Assembly (NCBI GenBank): GCA_002189035.1
Contig: NEEC01000031.1
Span: 62,001 to 126,000, forward strand
DNA: 64,000 nucleotides
Direction of reading: 5' to 3'
Source of the DNA: Utricularia gibba
Lineage: Eukaryota; Plantae; Magnoliophyta
Positions within the stretch are counted from its first letter, which is position 1. Each line of letters starts with the position of its first letter. A program made the position numbers and the translations under genes. The notes beneath the pieces were generated by a model. The model saw only the letters and a list, made by a program, of their open reading frames with translations, had not been told where the DNA came from and made no database searches. This document shows, piece after piece, positions 13,002 to 26,300 of this stretch.

Positions 13002-13816
13002 ATGTCCGCCTGGCCGTCCACTGCGTTGCCCCGCCTTTTCTATCACCCGGCATATTGGTGTCACTCCTGCGACATGAGCATCGGGCTTCCCCCATCTCCG
13101 ACACCCGACTCCCTCCTCTGCCCCACTGCCACCGTGACACCCTGGAGCAGATGGATGCGGATGTTCCTTCTCCGACGCCAGTGGAATCTTTAGCCACCGA
13201 AGACAGCTACCTGCTTGCAAGTCCTTATCTCCACCGCCTAATTCACCATCTGACAACGACAATCGCCGATTCCGCGAATCCTCGACCGGAGCCCGCTTCG
13301 AAATCGGCAATCAAGGCACTGAAAGATGTGATCATCACGTCTGAGAGTGATCCGACGATGCTCTGCGCCGTTTGTAAGGATGCCTTTGCGGTTAGTTCAG
13401 CAGCGAAGGTGATGCCCTGTAAACACACTTATCATTCTGATTGTATCGTTCCGTGGCTGGAAATCAACAATTCTTGCCCAGTTTGCCGGTACAAACTCTC
13501 GGCGCCAGTGGAGGATAAGAAGGATATGGTGGAGCAGGATTTCACTGGGTCAATGAGTCTTGAAGAATTGTCAGATGATATTTATGGGTTTAGAGGAACT
13601 TTGGATCGAATTGCTAGAAGTCGTAGATGGAGCGATGATCGCAATGTTGGGGGAAGTGGGAGTGAAAGGCATCCGTTTGTTATATCTCCGAGTGAAATTG
13701 CTGAGGAGATTCAGAGGAGTGTGGAGTCTGCAACAGGTTTTCCATGGTGGCTAGCGGAGGAGACTGGAGATGGCCGTGGGAATAATGATCACCTTGATGG
13801 ATTTTCACCTAGGTAA
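13002..13816 (+). CDS. Zinc-ribbon plus RING-H2 E3 ubiquitin ligase (BTL/RNF126-like), apparent -1 frameshift at 13121-13124
   Basis: YWCHSC..LLCP lies in one frame and HCHRDTLEQMD in the next. One extra C joins them into a CxxC..CPxC ribbon. RING-H2: CAVC..MPCKHTYHSDC..WL..SCPVC. Confidence 0.9.
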
Positions 13817-14701
13817 AATTTTCTGACGTTTTCATTTGGATGCTCTGTTTTCCGATTCATTTCTGTACTGTTGTAAGAGTTGGCTACTCTGCTCAAGAAA
13901 AAAAGGGATTTTGCGTAGATCTTGATGAGTATGAAGTTAATCTAATCTACCCTGCAAAGCAAGTCTGTTGTGTTTCAAATGCGATCTTTTGAGTTCAAGG
14001 TTCTCATCTGTCCTTGATGCATCCAGATGTCTGTGCATGGTTACCATGGTAGATAAATCTTTCTTTGCTGTGATCGTTCATGATTCTGGAACTACTGCGT
14101 TATATTTGCCCTACTTTATCATGTCCAGTCTACTTTATCTTGAAGATTTCGTCTTTTCAGGACCGTTAGAATTCATTTTTTTCTGAGAAAGAGGCTTTCC
14201 ATACAGGGTTTATTTGTTTTATTTGGCAGAAGTTCCGTCGAATGATCTTGCACTTAAGTTTTTTTGTTCTTCCGTGTAGCAAATCTGCCCCTTGAGATTC
14301 CAGGAAAATACCTGTGCATCTATAAGTTTCATATGGAAGCATACCAGTTATTATTTGTACCTGTGCTGAACATGTCACTCTGTTTTCAGGTAATGGCATT
14401 CATTCCCAGTTGGGTGGAACTGCAACTGTAAATGCTGATGAATGGCTTTGAAATTATGTAATGAGAAACCTCTTGACTCTCACCGCTTGTGTCTTGTTTA
14501 CTGAGATTCATTTCAGGAGAAGCACGATCCACAACATTACACCAATACATTCAGAGGAATGCCCTGAAACTTACTATCCAAAAACTGAGACAGAACTGAT
14601 AAAAAGGACGTAAACATAATCCAACCCGCAAAGGACAGAAATCAACAAGGGTAGTTCTTCAAACAACTTCTCATATTTTGAGAACGAACCTCGAGTCTAG
14701 T

Positions 14702-15795
14702 CTAGTCTATGCTGATGGGGTTGGTAGGTTCTCCATGGCTGCCTACATAAGCAAGCAATTCGGGAGGGACATCACACCTTAGAATCTGAACCTTGAACTC
14801 AACCTTGGCTACACTACTTTCCATCAGTTCAAAAACCAATGCATCCCCTGGAAGGAGGCCATTCTCCTTCAGAAAGGACTTCCAGTTCGCACAATAAAAC
14901 CTTGGGAGCGAACCATGTGTGTTGCACATTACATGCCATGTCTTGCCATGGTATCGGAGAGCAAATGGCATTTCAGCACAGGGAAGCAGTTGACGTATCT
15001 TTTTTGAGATGTACTGTGAACAAGAAAACAGCAAATGCTCATTCAAGGGGTATGGTAAAATGGGTAGGTATACCATAGTTGAATACATGACTCAGAACAA
15101 GATGGATGCAGAAAGGAAGCTCAAAACGTGACCTTTATCACAGACTAAGCAGTTTCGGTAGCAAGCACTAGAAGAAACGGGGTGGGTGGGGAGGCAACAT
15201 CCATGAACATGGGAAAGCATGTAAAGCTTGGTATGGCATTAAATTACCAAGGGTTTGCTGAGATGTCTTGGTTCCAAGACAACATCGAAGCGTGGCTTGC
15301 CGGTAAGATAGGGTGGCTCATCTTCATCAATGCCAGTATCACCGATTTTGTCACTGCAATCTTTAGGTTCTTCTTCAGAGTCAGTTGAAGGCTGAGCAAC
15401 TTCATTAGATTTGCCTTCCTCCTCCTCACCCCCTTCTGCACCCTCAGATTCCGTTGATGAATCAATATCAAGATTATCTTTTTTCCCCTCAAACTTTTGA
15501 TAATTTACAGTAGATCTGGTTTTCATTCTCCTTGGTGCAATTTCTAAAACAAGAGAGGGTTCCTTGACAGATTCCTGAAACATTACATCCTCGGAGGTTC
15601 AGAAAAAAAGAAACTCAAGTGTAATTTTTTATCTTCACATTCGTACCAAAATTTGTAGTTCAGATAGTTCACTCAGCGCACAACATGAAGAGCTACAAGT
15701 ATACAATACAGTAAAAGAAGAACAAATTGCCCAGAAAGAACCGCATCATATACAGCATTGGCGCTCGAAGAACTGCCGCTGGAAACATTCGCCAT
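14702..15795 (-). CDS. B3 domain-containing protein (REM-like); start exon uncertain
   Basis: Acidic exon ending ..GKPRFDVVLEPRHLSKPL spliced to YISKKIRQLLP..GKTWHV..NWKSFLKENGLLPGDALVFELM..FKVQILR..PISID*. ATG 15795 (MANVSSG..) is tentative. Confidence 0.75.
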
Positions 15796-17307
15796 CGGAG
15801 AAAGAAATCGACGGGGAAAATGGGTTCTACAAAAACTTATTTTCGAGTTAGAAAGCGGCCATCTTTTTTTTTAATCTTCCCTGTCATCATCTCCTGGCCT
15901 TATTCAGCATGTTCATTCCTCAGGATGCTTCTACTGTACAAGAAAAGGAAGTTTCAAAAATGATGGAAAAAGTGAAGCATATGTAAAGCAGCAGAAAATG
16001 ATTCCTCATCATGGAGGTTGTTGGGTTTCCTAGACACATTTTCTTCTTTTCCAAGTCATTAATTAAATACTGAATTAAGGAAAAGTTGCAAAAATGAGCA
16101 GGAAAATCCAAAAGGTAACAAGCAATTACAGTTTACAAACCCTGTAAATTACAGAGTGTAACCCGCGAGGAATGCCTTCCTTTGTTTGTGTGCTTGCCAG
16201 ATAGGACCTTTTTCAAATGGAACTCCTTTCAGTCACATCTACGTGTCAGCCCCAACCACTCTAGTATGGGTTTTGTTTGCTGACTTTTCTCAATTCTTTT
16301 TCTTTAGAGATTTTTGTATGAGATTATCGAAGTAGGAAGCTCCCCTATGCTTTTCTATGGATTAGACAAGAAAGCAACTTTTGGTAGCCGCTTGGAACCA
16401 TTGAACCTGACGTAGCTTTTATCGGCTGACAAGGTTTTGATGGTTTGATGCTTTTATGTCTGTATGAATCCCCGAGACGGAATATTTAGATATTTTTTCG
16501 ATGGGTTTTGTTTTATGTATCGTGCAACATAAAGCTTTTGTAAAGCTGCTCTCTTTCTGCTGAAGTTGCTGGTTTTGTTTCACGAAACAGCGTAATCAAG
16601 AACTGCAGACTGCAGTTTGGAGGTAGGTGGGGAAGATTGATAAATTCGCGCGTCTTTCACTTTTGCCGGCTTTTATGCTGCGTTTTCTTATTAGAACTGT
16701 ATGTTGAAGGTGGTCTGTGGATGGTTAAGAAAGGATTGAAATTGGCAAAATCTTTAAGCTTTCTGTGGTGGCTCTGAACATCCCAGGACCTCCGTGGGAC
16801 CTGCTTCATTGATACTAGAGATAAAAAAAAATCAATTTTTATTTAAAATACTTTTTGATATATAAATTTACTAAAGAGTGAATTGAATGTTTTTTTTTCT
16901 TTTTCAATATGCTTTGATCATGCCCAAAATCAGGCGCATTTGAAGTCCAGAATACCTGCACATGCTGATCCTTGCATTGCTTTGATCTTAAATTATTGTG
17001 CCTCTCATTTAGAAGTCAAGGATGGGTTCCCATTATAATTCACCCTTGGACTATTTCACCGTCTGGTCATTAACCAATGACGGTGAAGTAGCAGTTTTAT
17101 GGATTTCTTGCGTATTTTAACTCATATAGACACCCTGTGTGTTTTTCATGTTTGGTTGCACTTTTCAGAGTACTCAACCAGGCTCAAACTATGGACTTCT
17201 ACTGTGCTTTGATTGCTCTAGGCAAAAATTCATGCTGTGTGTCTTTCCTTTTTGGTTTCATTTCTCAGTATATTAAACCAGGCTAAGAGCTACCAAGATA
17301 TCATAAA

Positions 17308-20300
17308 ATGGCGTATCAGAGGAGGGGATCTGATATGCAGCCACAGAGGCCACTTCTGCGCACTCGGACTGCTGGTAATTTAAGTGAGCCGGTGATGGAC
17401 AGTGAGGTCGTCCCTTCATCCCTCGTTGAGATTGCACCAATTCTCCGTGTTGCCAATGAGGTTGAGCACATCAGTCCACGTGTGGCTTACCTTTGTAAGT
17501 CTCTCTAGTATTTCTGCATTTGCTACCTCGTTTTACATCGTGCATTGAAGTTCTTCGATAGCATATTTTGCTATGTTACTTTAAAAAGGATGCAAACACC
17601 CATCTTGCTTTCATTGAGTAAAATAGAAATGGATTAATACGTAGCACTATATTTTAGTGTTCATTTATCATACTTTTGACATTGCTGAATATATTGGAAT
17701 TAGGTCGATTCTTTGCCTTTGAGAAGACTCACCGTCTAGACCCTGGTTCTAAAGGACGTGGAGTTCGACAATTTAAAACAGCACTTCTTCAACGCCTTGA
17801 AAAAGTACGTTTTAAATCATTACCACCTCTTTCTGCTTTTCATAGTCAGTCTAGAATGCAAATACATGTGGCTGAACCTGTTTTATCAACTTTGAGAAGG
17901 GACAGGAAGGGGCTGTGAGTCATGGCATTTGTCTATATGATAAGAAAAATGTTCATGTGTTCAACTTTGATGATCAGCGAATCACAAATATATAGTATAA
18001 TTTCAAGTGCATTTTAACTCTAAGTACATGCTTTACTAGATGTCGGCTATCTTGAGTGTATACTCATTTGTTGCTAATTTAATCACCACACTACTTCGTT
18101 GAATGTTTATTCCTCTAGTACTTCACTTTATCCATTCTGCTGTGATTCTCATTGTGAAGGAACATGAAAATACAGTGGAAGCAAGAGCAGGCAGTGATGC
18201 TCGTGTAATGAAGAAATTTTATCAGAATTACTATGCAAGTTATATTGAAGCTTTGCAAAATGATGCAGATAAGGCAGATCGGTAATTTAATTGAGAAAAG
18301 AGATTTTTTTTTTCGTATTCATTGTGATGGTTATTACCATTTTTTATATCTGCCTTGCATAGGAAAACTATGTAGGTCTAATCTAGTTTATTAGGATGAG
18401 GGATGAAACTTTTGTCATTTTTCTTTTTATGAATTTGATTTCCTGTCCTTGTATACTATATTTGGATACACCCCTTGATATGGGTTGGAGCCACATTTTA
18501 AAATCATTTCGGAGTTTCACTCTACATATTCTGCAGTGCCCGACTTACAAAGGCATATCAAACTGCTTCTGTACTGTTTGAGGTCTTGAAATCTGTTACC
18601 AAGGAAGAACCTGTAGAGGCGGATAACGAGGTGAGGCTTTTCTGCTCTATGTTCTTTCATTCCCATGCATTCTAAAACACCAAGCTGCTGTTTGCACATT
18701 AAGAAAAATGATGTAGTATAGATGAATTGCATGTTTTGGCCTCACATATTTTTGCATCTCCCTGCAGATCATGCAAACACATAATAAGGTGGCCGAAAAG
18801 GCACAGATTTATGTTCCCTACAATATTCTCCCACTTGACCCCGAAAGTTCGCACCAGCCCATCATGCGTCACCAAGAGGTACTTTGATGCCATTTGCAAT
18901 GGTGCATTGATGTTTTCTTTATACTTTATCTTATTTCTGCTCAGATTCAAGCTTCTGTTGCTGCACTTCGTAACATAAGAGCCCTCCCATGGCCAAAGGG
19001 ACACGAGAAAAAAGTTGGTGAAGATGTATTAGACTGGCTTCAGACTATGTTTGGCTTTCAGGTGACATACGAATTTGAACATACAAATGTCAAGTAGATG
19101 TCCTGAAAGTGTAATCTTGTTCAAAGATGATCAGAGGGAGGTGTTTTTCTGTTGGTACACAAACATGTGCATATTTAAAACTGTTTTCTTATGCATAAGT
19201 GTTTCGAATGTGGGTGCTACTTTGTGTTTGCAGAAGGATAATGTGGCAAACCAGAGAGAACACATGATTTTATTGCTTGCTAATGTGCACATCCGGCAAC
19301 CGAATCCAGATCAGGCCAAGGCAATCTCTCTTTATTTACATTATTGTGTTTTTGTTTGTTGTGTTTAGTAGCATGACATAGCTCTTTGATCCCAATGTCT
19401 TTTAGTTGGATGAACGTGCACTTAATGAAGTCATGAAGAAACTTTTCAAGAACTATAAAAGGTGGTGTAGATACATTGGGCGCCAGGAAAACTTAAGGTA
19501 AGGAGGAGTATTGTACACAAGGTTCGCATACCTTCATTTCTTGCTCATTGTCATTATGTTTCTTTGGATGATATAGGGTATTAAACCATTGGTTTCCCAT
19601 TTTTCTCCAATCCCATTGTTTTCATATGTTTGCTCTTGATTCTACTTTGTTGGACATCAAGGCTTTTCTGAAATCCTGTGTTTTTTTAGGATTCCAACCA
19701 TCCAACTAGAATATCAGCAACGAAGATTGTTATATATAGGTCTCTATCTTCTAATTTGGGGAGAAGCTGCAAATTTAAGATTCATGCCAGAATGCTTATG
19801 CTACATTTACCATCATGTATGTAACTGTGTAAATTTCATCCTGCACAAGAAACGCAGGCAGACAATGCTGTTTTATTCTATATGTTTATGCAGAAAGGTT
19901 TTCATTTGTAGTAACTTAAACTTCATCATATTCATTTTGTGAGTTTCATTTGCTTTAATGTTTGAAGCAAAGAGAAATGAATTTTTCCCAAATGATCTTC
20001 ATATTATAGGACCTTTATTCAGGAAGCCATTTATTTAATTGTACATTTTTTGAAACTCTTCTCATGGTTGGTCTAGTATCTTTTTCTTTCCTTCACTAAC
20101 ACCTGTGTCCCTTTTCTGTCTCGTGATGTGTAGATGGCATCCGAAATGGATGCAGTTCTTACAGGGAAAGTCAGTCCAGTGACTGCTGAGACTGTAAAAC
20201 CAGCTTGTGGTGGTGAAGAAGAGGCCTTCTTGAAAAAAGTTGTAACTCCCATTTACAATGTTATAGCCAAGGTGGTGTTCAGTTGTTGGTTTTACAAAAT

Positions 20301-23300
20301 AAAACGTCGTACTTTTCACTCTGGAACAATTGTTGTTATTACCATTATTTTATTTTATAAAATTTAATTTCTCATGTTCCTAAGGAAGCTGCAGAAAGCA
20401 AAGTTGGAATACCCAAACATTCTGAATGGAGAAATTATGATGACTTGAATGAATATTTCTGGTGAGAATTTTCTTTTTAGATCTTGTTTCAGTGTTCAGC
20501 TTTAATAATCATGTTGTAGGTCGGAAAACTGTTTCAAACTCAATTGGCCAATGCGTGTTGGTGCTGATTTCTTCTGCACTAGAGAAGCAATATCTGATAG
20601 AAAAGGGCCTAATAATGGAGAGGTGAATATACTCTGTAATATGTGCACTTCCACATGCTATTAATTCATGAATCCTTATTCAGGATACAGAATCTGTGAA
20701 AGGGAATCATTGGATTGGAAAAATTAACTTTATCGAGACTCGCTCCTTTTGGCACTTGTATCGAAGTTTTGATAGGATGTGGAGCTTTTTTATACTGGCG
20801 CTACAGGTAATCCTGTCACTAAAATGCATCTATTCTCTTCAATATGATGCCTTAAAAGCACTTGATTTGAAAATAAATGGTATTCTTCAGGCAATGATCA
20901 TAATTGCGTGGGATGGATCTGGCAATATTGGTGGTATATTTGATGGCAATGTGTTCAAGAAAGTCTTGAGTGTTTTCATCACAGCAGCAATTCTCAAATT
21001 TGCCGAAGGTAAGGAGCAAAGGTGATTGGCTCCTTGCTGTTGAAGGCAGCCATGACCATCTGAGCATGTTTTTTTCTATTCCTTGCTGTGAGAATGATTG
21101 GATTAGAAAATGCCATCTAATGTTGCTCTCCTCCGAATCTACAGCATGCCCTTTTTTCCATCTTTTTTAACAAAAAAATGCAATGCATGCACCGAATAAT
21201 GATCTTGTTTTGCAGCTGTTCTTGATTTCATCATGAGCTGGAAAGCACGAATGAGCATGACCTTTTATGGCCAACTTCGTTACATATTGAAGATTGTTGT
21301 TGCTGCCATATGGATGGTTCTTCTTCCAGTTGCCTATGCGTATAGCTGGAGATACCCTCCTGCATTTGCCCAGACAATCAAGAACTGGTTTGGGAACACT
21401 GTCGGACACCCCTCTTTTTTCATCATTGCAGTTTTAATATATGTAGCTCCAAACGTGCTGTCTGTTTGTTTATTCATACTCCCGTTCATTCGGAGGCCTC
21501 TTGAGAAAATAGATCACAAAATAGTAAGGCTTCTTTTGTGGTGGGCACAGGTATATATATGTAATGTTCTTTCTTCTATACATTTTTATCTGAATGTGCA
21601 TCTTCTATCCTGAATTTATCACTTTGATGTTTCTTACAGCCACCGCTTTTTATAGGAAGAGGGATGCAAGAAAATGCTTTTTCCGTTATCAAGTATAGAT
21701 GTTTCCCTCTTGAGATAAATATGTTTGTGCTACGGATTTAATTGTGATGGTTTCATTTTTCAGATACACTTTGTTTTGGGTCTTCCTTTTGGCAGCAAAG
21801 TTGGCATTTAGCTTTTACATAGAGGTGATGTGCTTCTCTTGCATCAACTCTGTAAGTGGTTAGATTACCAAGTGAATGGTCTCATTTTGTGATTGTAGAT
21901 AAGACCACTCGTTGGCCCAACAAAGGAAATTATGCAGGTGGCTGTGAGGAACTACCAGTGGCATGAGTTCTTTCCTCGAGGTATACAAGGAATCATTCTT
22001 TTTTCACTGTAATCGTACACATCTGAAAGCTACTGAAGTCTTTCTTTTTCTTTTTCAGCAAGAAACAATATTCCAGTGGTGATAGCACTATGGGCTCCCA
22101 TTGTTATTGTAGGATTATGATTGTGTCCTTTTGGACTTGATATTGCACTTTTTGGCATAATCTCATAAACACCATATGGTCCAGGTGTATTTTATGGACG
22201 CACAGATTTGGTATGCTATCTTCTCCACAGGAGTTGGGGGTCTTTCTGGAGCATTCTGTCGCCTTGGAGAGGTAAGGTTTTGTCACTTCAAAAACTCTGT
22301 TTCTTTTCTTTACATTAAAAAAGACAAAGATAATGAAAAATGCTAGAAAGGGGAGAAATGTATTAGTCTTGAGAAGATTGAGAATTATGATTTTATGTTA
22401 AAAGATGGTTGATGTATAGTTTCCATGTTTTCAGGTTCACTGCTCCCTCATTACTTGGGGGCTTAATCTGAGTTCTTTGGCATTTCAATCTATGTATTGT
22501 TTTTGTAAAATAATTCTCTATATGCTGAATCATTTCCCTTATAAAGAACGATCAGGAACTTGGGAATTTTTTGGTGATAACTTTGATAGGAAGGCTTTAG
22601 CAGATTGTTAGATTTACTGTGGTTAACCTGATTAAATTCATTATGCTGTACAACTCAGATTCGAAATTTGGAACTCTTGAGGTCTCGCTTTCAGTCCTTG
22701 CCTGGTGCTTTCAATGACCGCCTGATTCCAACGGAATCAGCTGAGAGACCCAGGGGGCTTATGCCTTGGTTTGCACGCAAAAAAGCTGTCGAGGTTCTTT
22801 ATTAAATTTTCTAATCAACTGCAGTTTTTCTTCTTTTTTCTTTCATGTACTGATTACCTATTTGAGAAATTCATTCCATTGTCTATTGCAGCTTCCTTCA
22901 AATAAAGGGAAGGAGGCAGCACGGTTTTCACAAATGTGGAACAAAATAATTGAGGGTTTTAGAGAAGAGGATTTGATTGATAATGGGTAACTGTCTTATT
23001 CACTGAAAAAGAGTTTTTCTTGGTTTCTTTTTGGGTAACTTCTGGTTAAGTATTTTTTTGTCATGCATCTCTTTTATGTATCAATTTTGTGTGTTGATGA
23101 AAACAGGGAAATGGACCTGCTACTCGTTCCATATCATGCTGACCGTGAACTGAACGTGATCCAGTGGCCTCCATTTCTACTAGCTAGCAAAGTGGATGCA
23201 TTCCAAATTAGTTTCTTTTTTAATTTCCTTGTTCTTGAAGAATCGGTTGCATAATGTTTTTTCTTCTTGTCCATAGCTTCCTATTGCTCTGGACATGGCG

Positions 23301-26300
23301 AAAGATAGTCAGGGAAGAGATAAGGAGCTCATTAAGAGGCTGGATTCCGACATATACATGTGCTGTGCCGTCAAGGAGTGTTATGATTCTTGCAGAAGCA
23401 TACTCAACTTTTTGGTTCTTGGGGAAGAGGAGAAAAGGTAACCTTACAAATGCATCACAAATAAAATTCATTAATGTTTCTAATTTAGCATTTTCTTTTT
23501 GTTCTATGTTTTTAGTGTTTTGAACGACATATTTTCCACGGTTGATAAGCACGTAATGAACAGCCAACTGTTGAAGGAGTTCAATATGAAGGAACTTCCT
23601 AGACTGTATGGACAATTTGTACAGCTTATAGAATATCTGGTAAGAGCATGCAGTTGTGTTGTAGACACAGCATTGTAGATGCTGCGTGACTAAAAATTTC
23701 ACAATAACGTATACCATGCAGAAAAAGAATGACCAAGATGACAAGGATAATATTGTAATTCTCTTGCTAGACATGTTTGAAGTTGTGACTAGAGACATCA
23801 TGGATGGTATTATTACTGGGTAATGATTTGAGATTTTGCTTTTATTTTTTTATAAGGTTGTGTTACTGAGTTACTTTCTGAATGCTATGTTCACAGTTTT
23901 CAAGAGTCCAGTCATGGAGCTTCTGATGGGATAACACTTGAAAATGAACTAAATCATCAGTACTTTGCCACGCTTAATTTTCCGGTGACTGAAGAAAACG
24001 ATGCTTGGAAAGAGAAGGTAAGTTAAATTACTGCATTTACTGTGATATTATGTTAAGACTAGCTCATTATATGCTTAGATTCCTTCACATGAAATATATA
24101 ATATTTGCTTTTCAGACAGGAATAGTTACCGAGTTGACTTAGTTACAAGCTGCTTCACTATGTATCAGATTAAACGGCTTCTCATGTTGCTGACTGTGAA
24201 GGAGTCAGCCATGGATGTTCCCTCCAATATGGAGGCCAGGAGGCGCATTTCTTTTTTTGCAAATTCGCTCTTTATGGAAATGCCTGCAGCTCCAAGAGTT
24301 AGGAATATGCTTTCCTTCAGGTAAATGTTTTTTTACAGTAGCACTTGAAGGTGTTTTAAGCAAAGCTTACTTCTAGGAAATGTCACCATTGTGAAGCCGT
24401 ATAGACACAAATGAAAAAATGACCATTTTCTGCTTCTTGCAAAACTTACATCCATATAGGCTACGTGAGCTTCTGTGAATAAAATCGTTGCTTCATATTC
24501 TGTCTTCCTTTGAGCATCTTCTGTTTTTTCTTTTTTCGCTCTTGTAGCACTTTGACTCCTTACCATGATGAAGAGGTTCTCTTCTCTATCGATTCACTGG
24601 ATAAGCCAAATGACGATGGCGTTTCCATATTATTTTACTTGCAGAAGATTTTTCCAGGTTTTTTTTTTCTGATGTACTGATTACTTGATTTGATGGCTGT
24701 GATGAAGAGGCTCACTTCTGCATTTGTATTGTACAGACGAATGGAATAACTTCTTGCAAAGGGTTGATTGCCGTGATGAAGATGATTTGAAAGATAAGAT
24801 AGAGAGGGAAGCCACGCCATCTAATCAAGATGGGGCAAAGGGAAGGATAAACCTGGAAGAAGAACTTCGACTATGGGCATCGTATAAAGGACAAACACTA
24901 ACAAAAACAGGCGTGTTTCCTAACTGTTTTGATTTAGTTATATCATTTTCAATCTTTTTATATTGTTTTCATTTCGTCTATGATGAAGTACGAGGCATGA
25001 TGTACTATCGGCAAGCATTGGAACTTCAAGCTTTTCTTGATATGGCAAAGGAGGAGGGTAACCGAAAAATCTCTCTTTTCCTGAATTTTTTAGCCGCTAG
25101 CTACTCTCCTGAGTTAGCATGTGCATAAATGCTCAACACAGAGCTAATGAAAGGGTACAAGACTGCTAAGATGAACAACAATAATCAAGACAAAGGTGAA
25201 GTTTCATTGCTGGAAAAATGTCAAGCTGTGGCAGACATGAAGTACTCGTTCGTAGTATCATGCCAAAAATATGGCATTCACAAAAGATCAGGGGATCATA
25301 GAGCTACAGATATTTTGCGGCTCATGACAAAGTAAAATTGCTTTGTAGCCTTTTTTCAATTCTTGGTGATAACTAGCGAGTTTCACTCCGAGTTTTGCAT
25401 GCATCTCTGCAGATACCCATCAATTCGGGTAGCTTTTGTCGATGAGCTTGAAGAACGAGAAGCTGGTAAAAATGGTAAATCAAATGAGAAATTATATTAT
25501 TCAGTCCTGGTTAAGGCTGCTCCTAAGTCTATGGACTCTTCTGATCCAGATAAGCTTGATGAGGTACATGGTGTCGATTGAGTTCTTCCAAAAAAAAAAA
25601 AAAAAAGCAATGCAAGGACCATTCGTCCATGATATATTTTGAATCTCAGTTAAATCCTGCTAAAGAGTTGTTATGCAATATTTTTTTATTGTCATACAAT
25701 TTTTTTGTCCAAGGTTATTTATAAGATAAAACTACCCGGGAATCCTATATTGGGTGAAGGAAAACCAGAGAACCAAAACCATGCAATAATCTTTACCCGT
25801 GGTGAAGGGTTGCAAACAATTGATATGAATCAGGTATCACTTGTGGGATAGTCTAAGGTTTTGGTAAGGGAATTTTGTTTTGAAGATAATGAAAATGGTA
25901 TTTGTAGGATAACTATATGGAAGAAGCATTTAAAATGAGAAATCTTTTGCAAGAATTTCTCAAGCCACATGGTGTCAGGAAACCGACCATTCTTGGACTA
26001 AGAGAGCACATATTTACTGGCAGGTATGGCCATTTAAAGGCTTGAAAAGTGGCATGACTTGAGGTTGTTAGAACGCATGATTGTTGATCTGTGAGGATTG
26101 TTTTGCAGTGTTTCGTCTCTCGCCTGGTTCATGTCTATGCAAGAACATAGCTTTGTGACCATTGGTCAGAGGTTGCTGGCCTATCCACTGAAGTAAGCAC
26201 TGCTGGGAAGGCTTTCGATCGAAGCTTGAAAGAAACTAGTTGATTCACACTTTTCTTCAATCTACAGGGTTCGTTTCCATTACGGGCATCCAGATGTATT

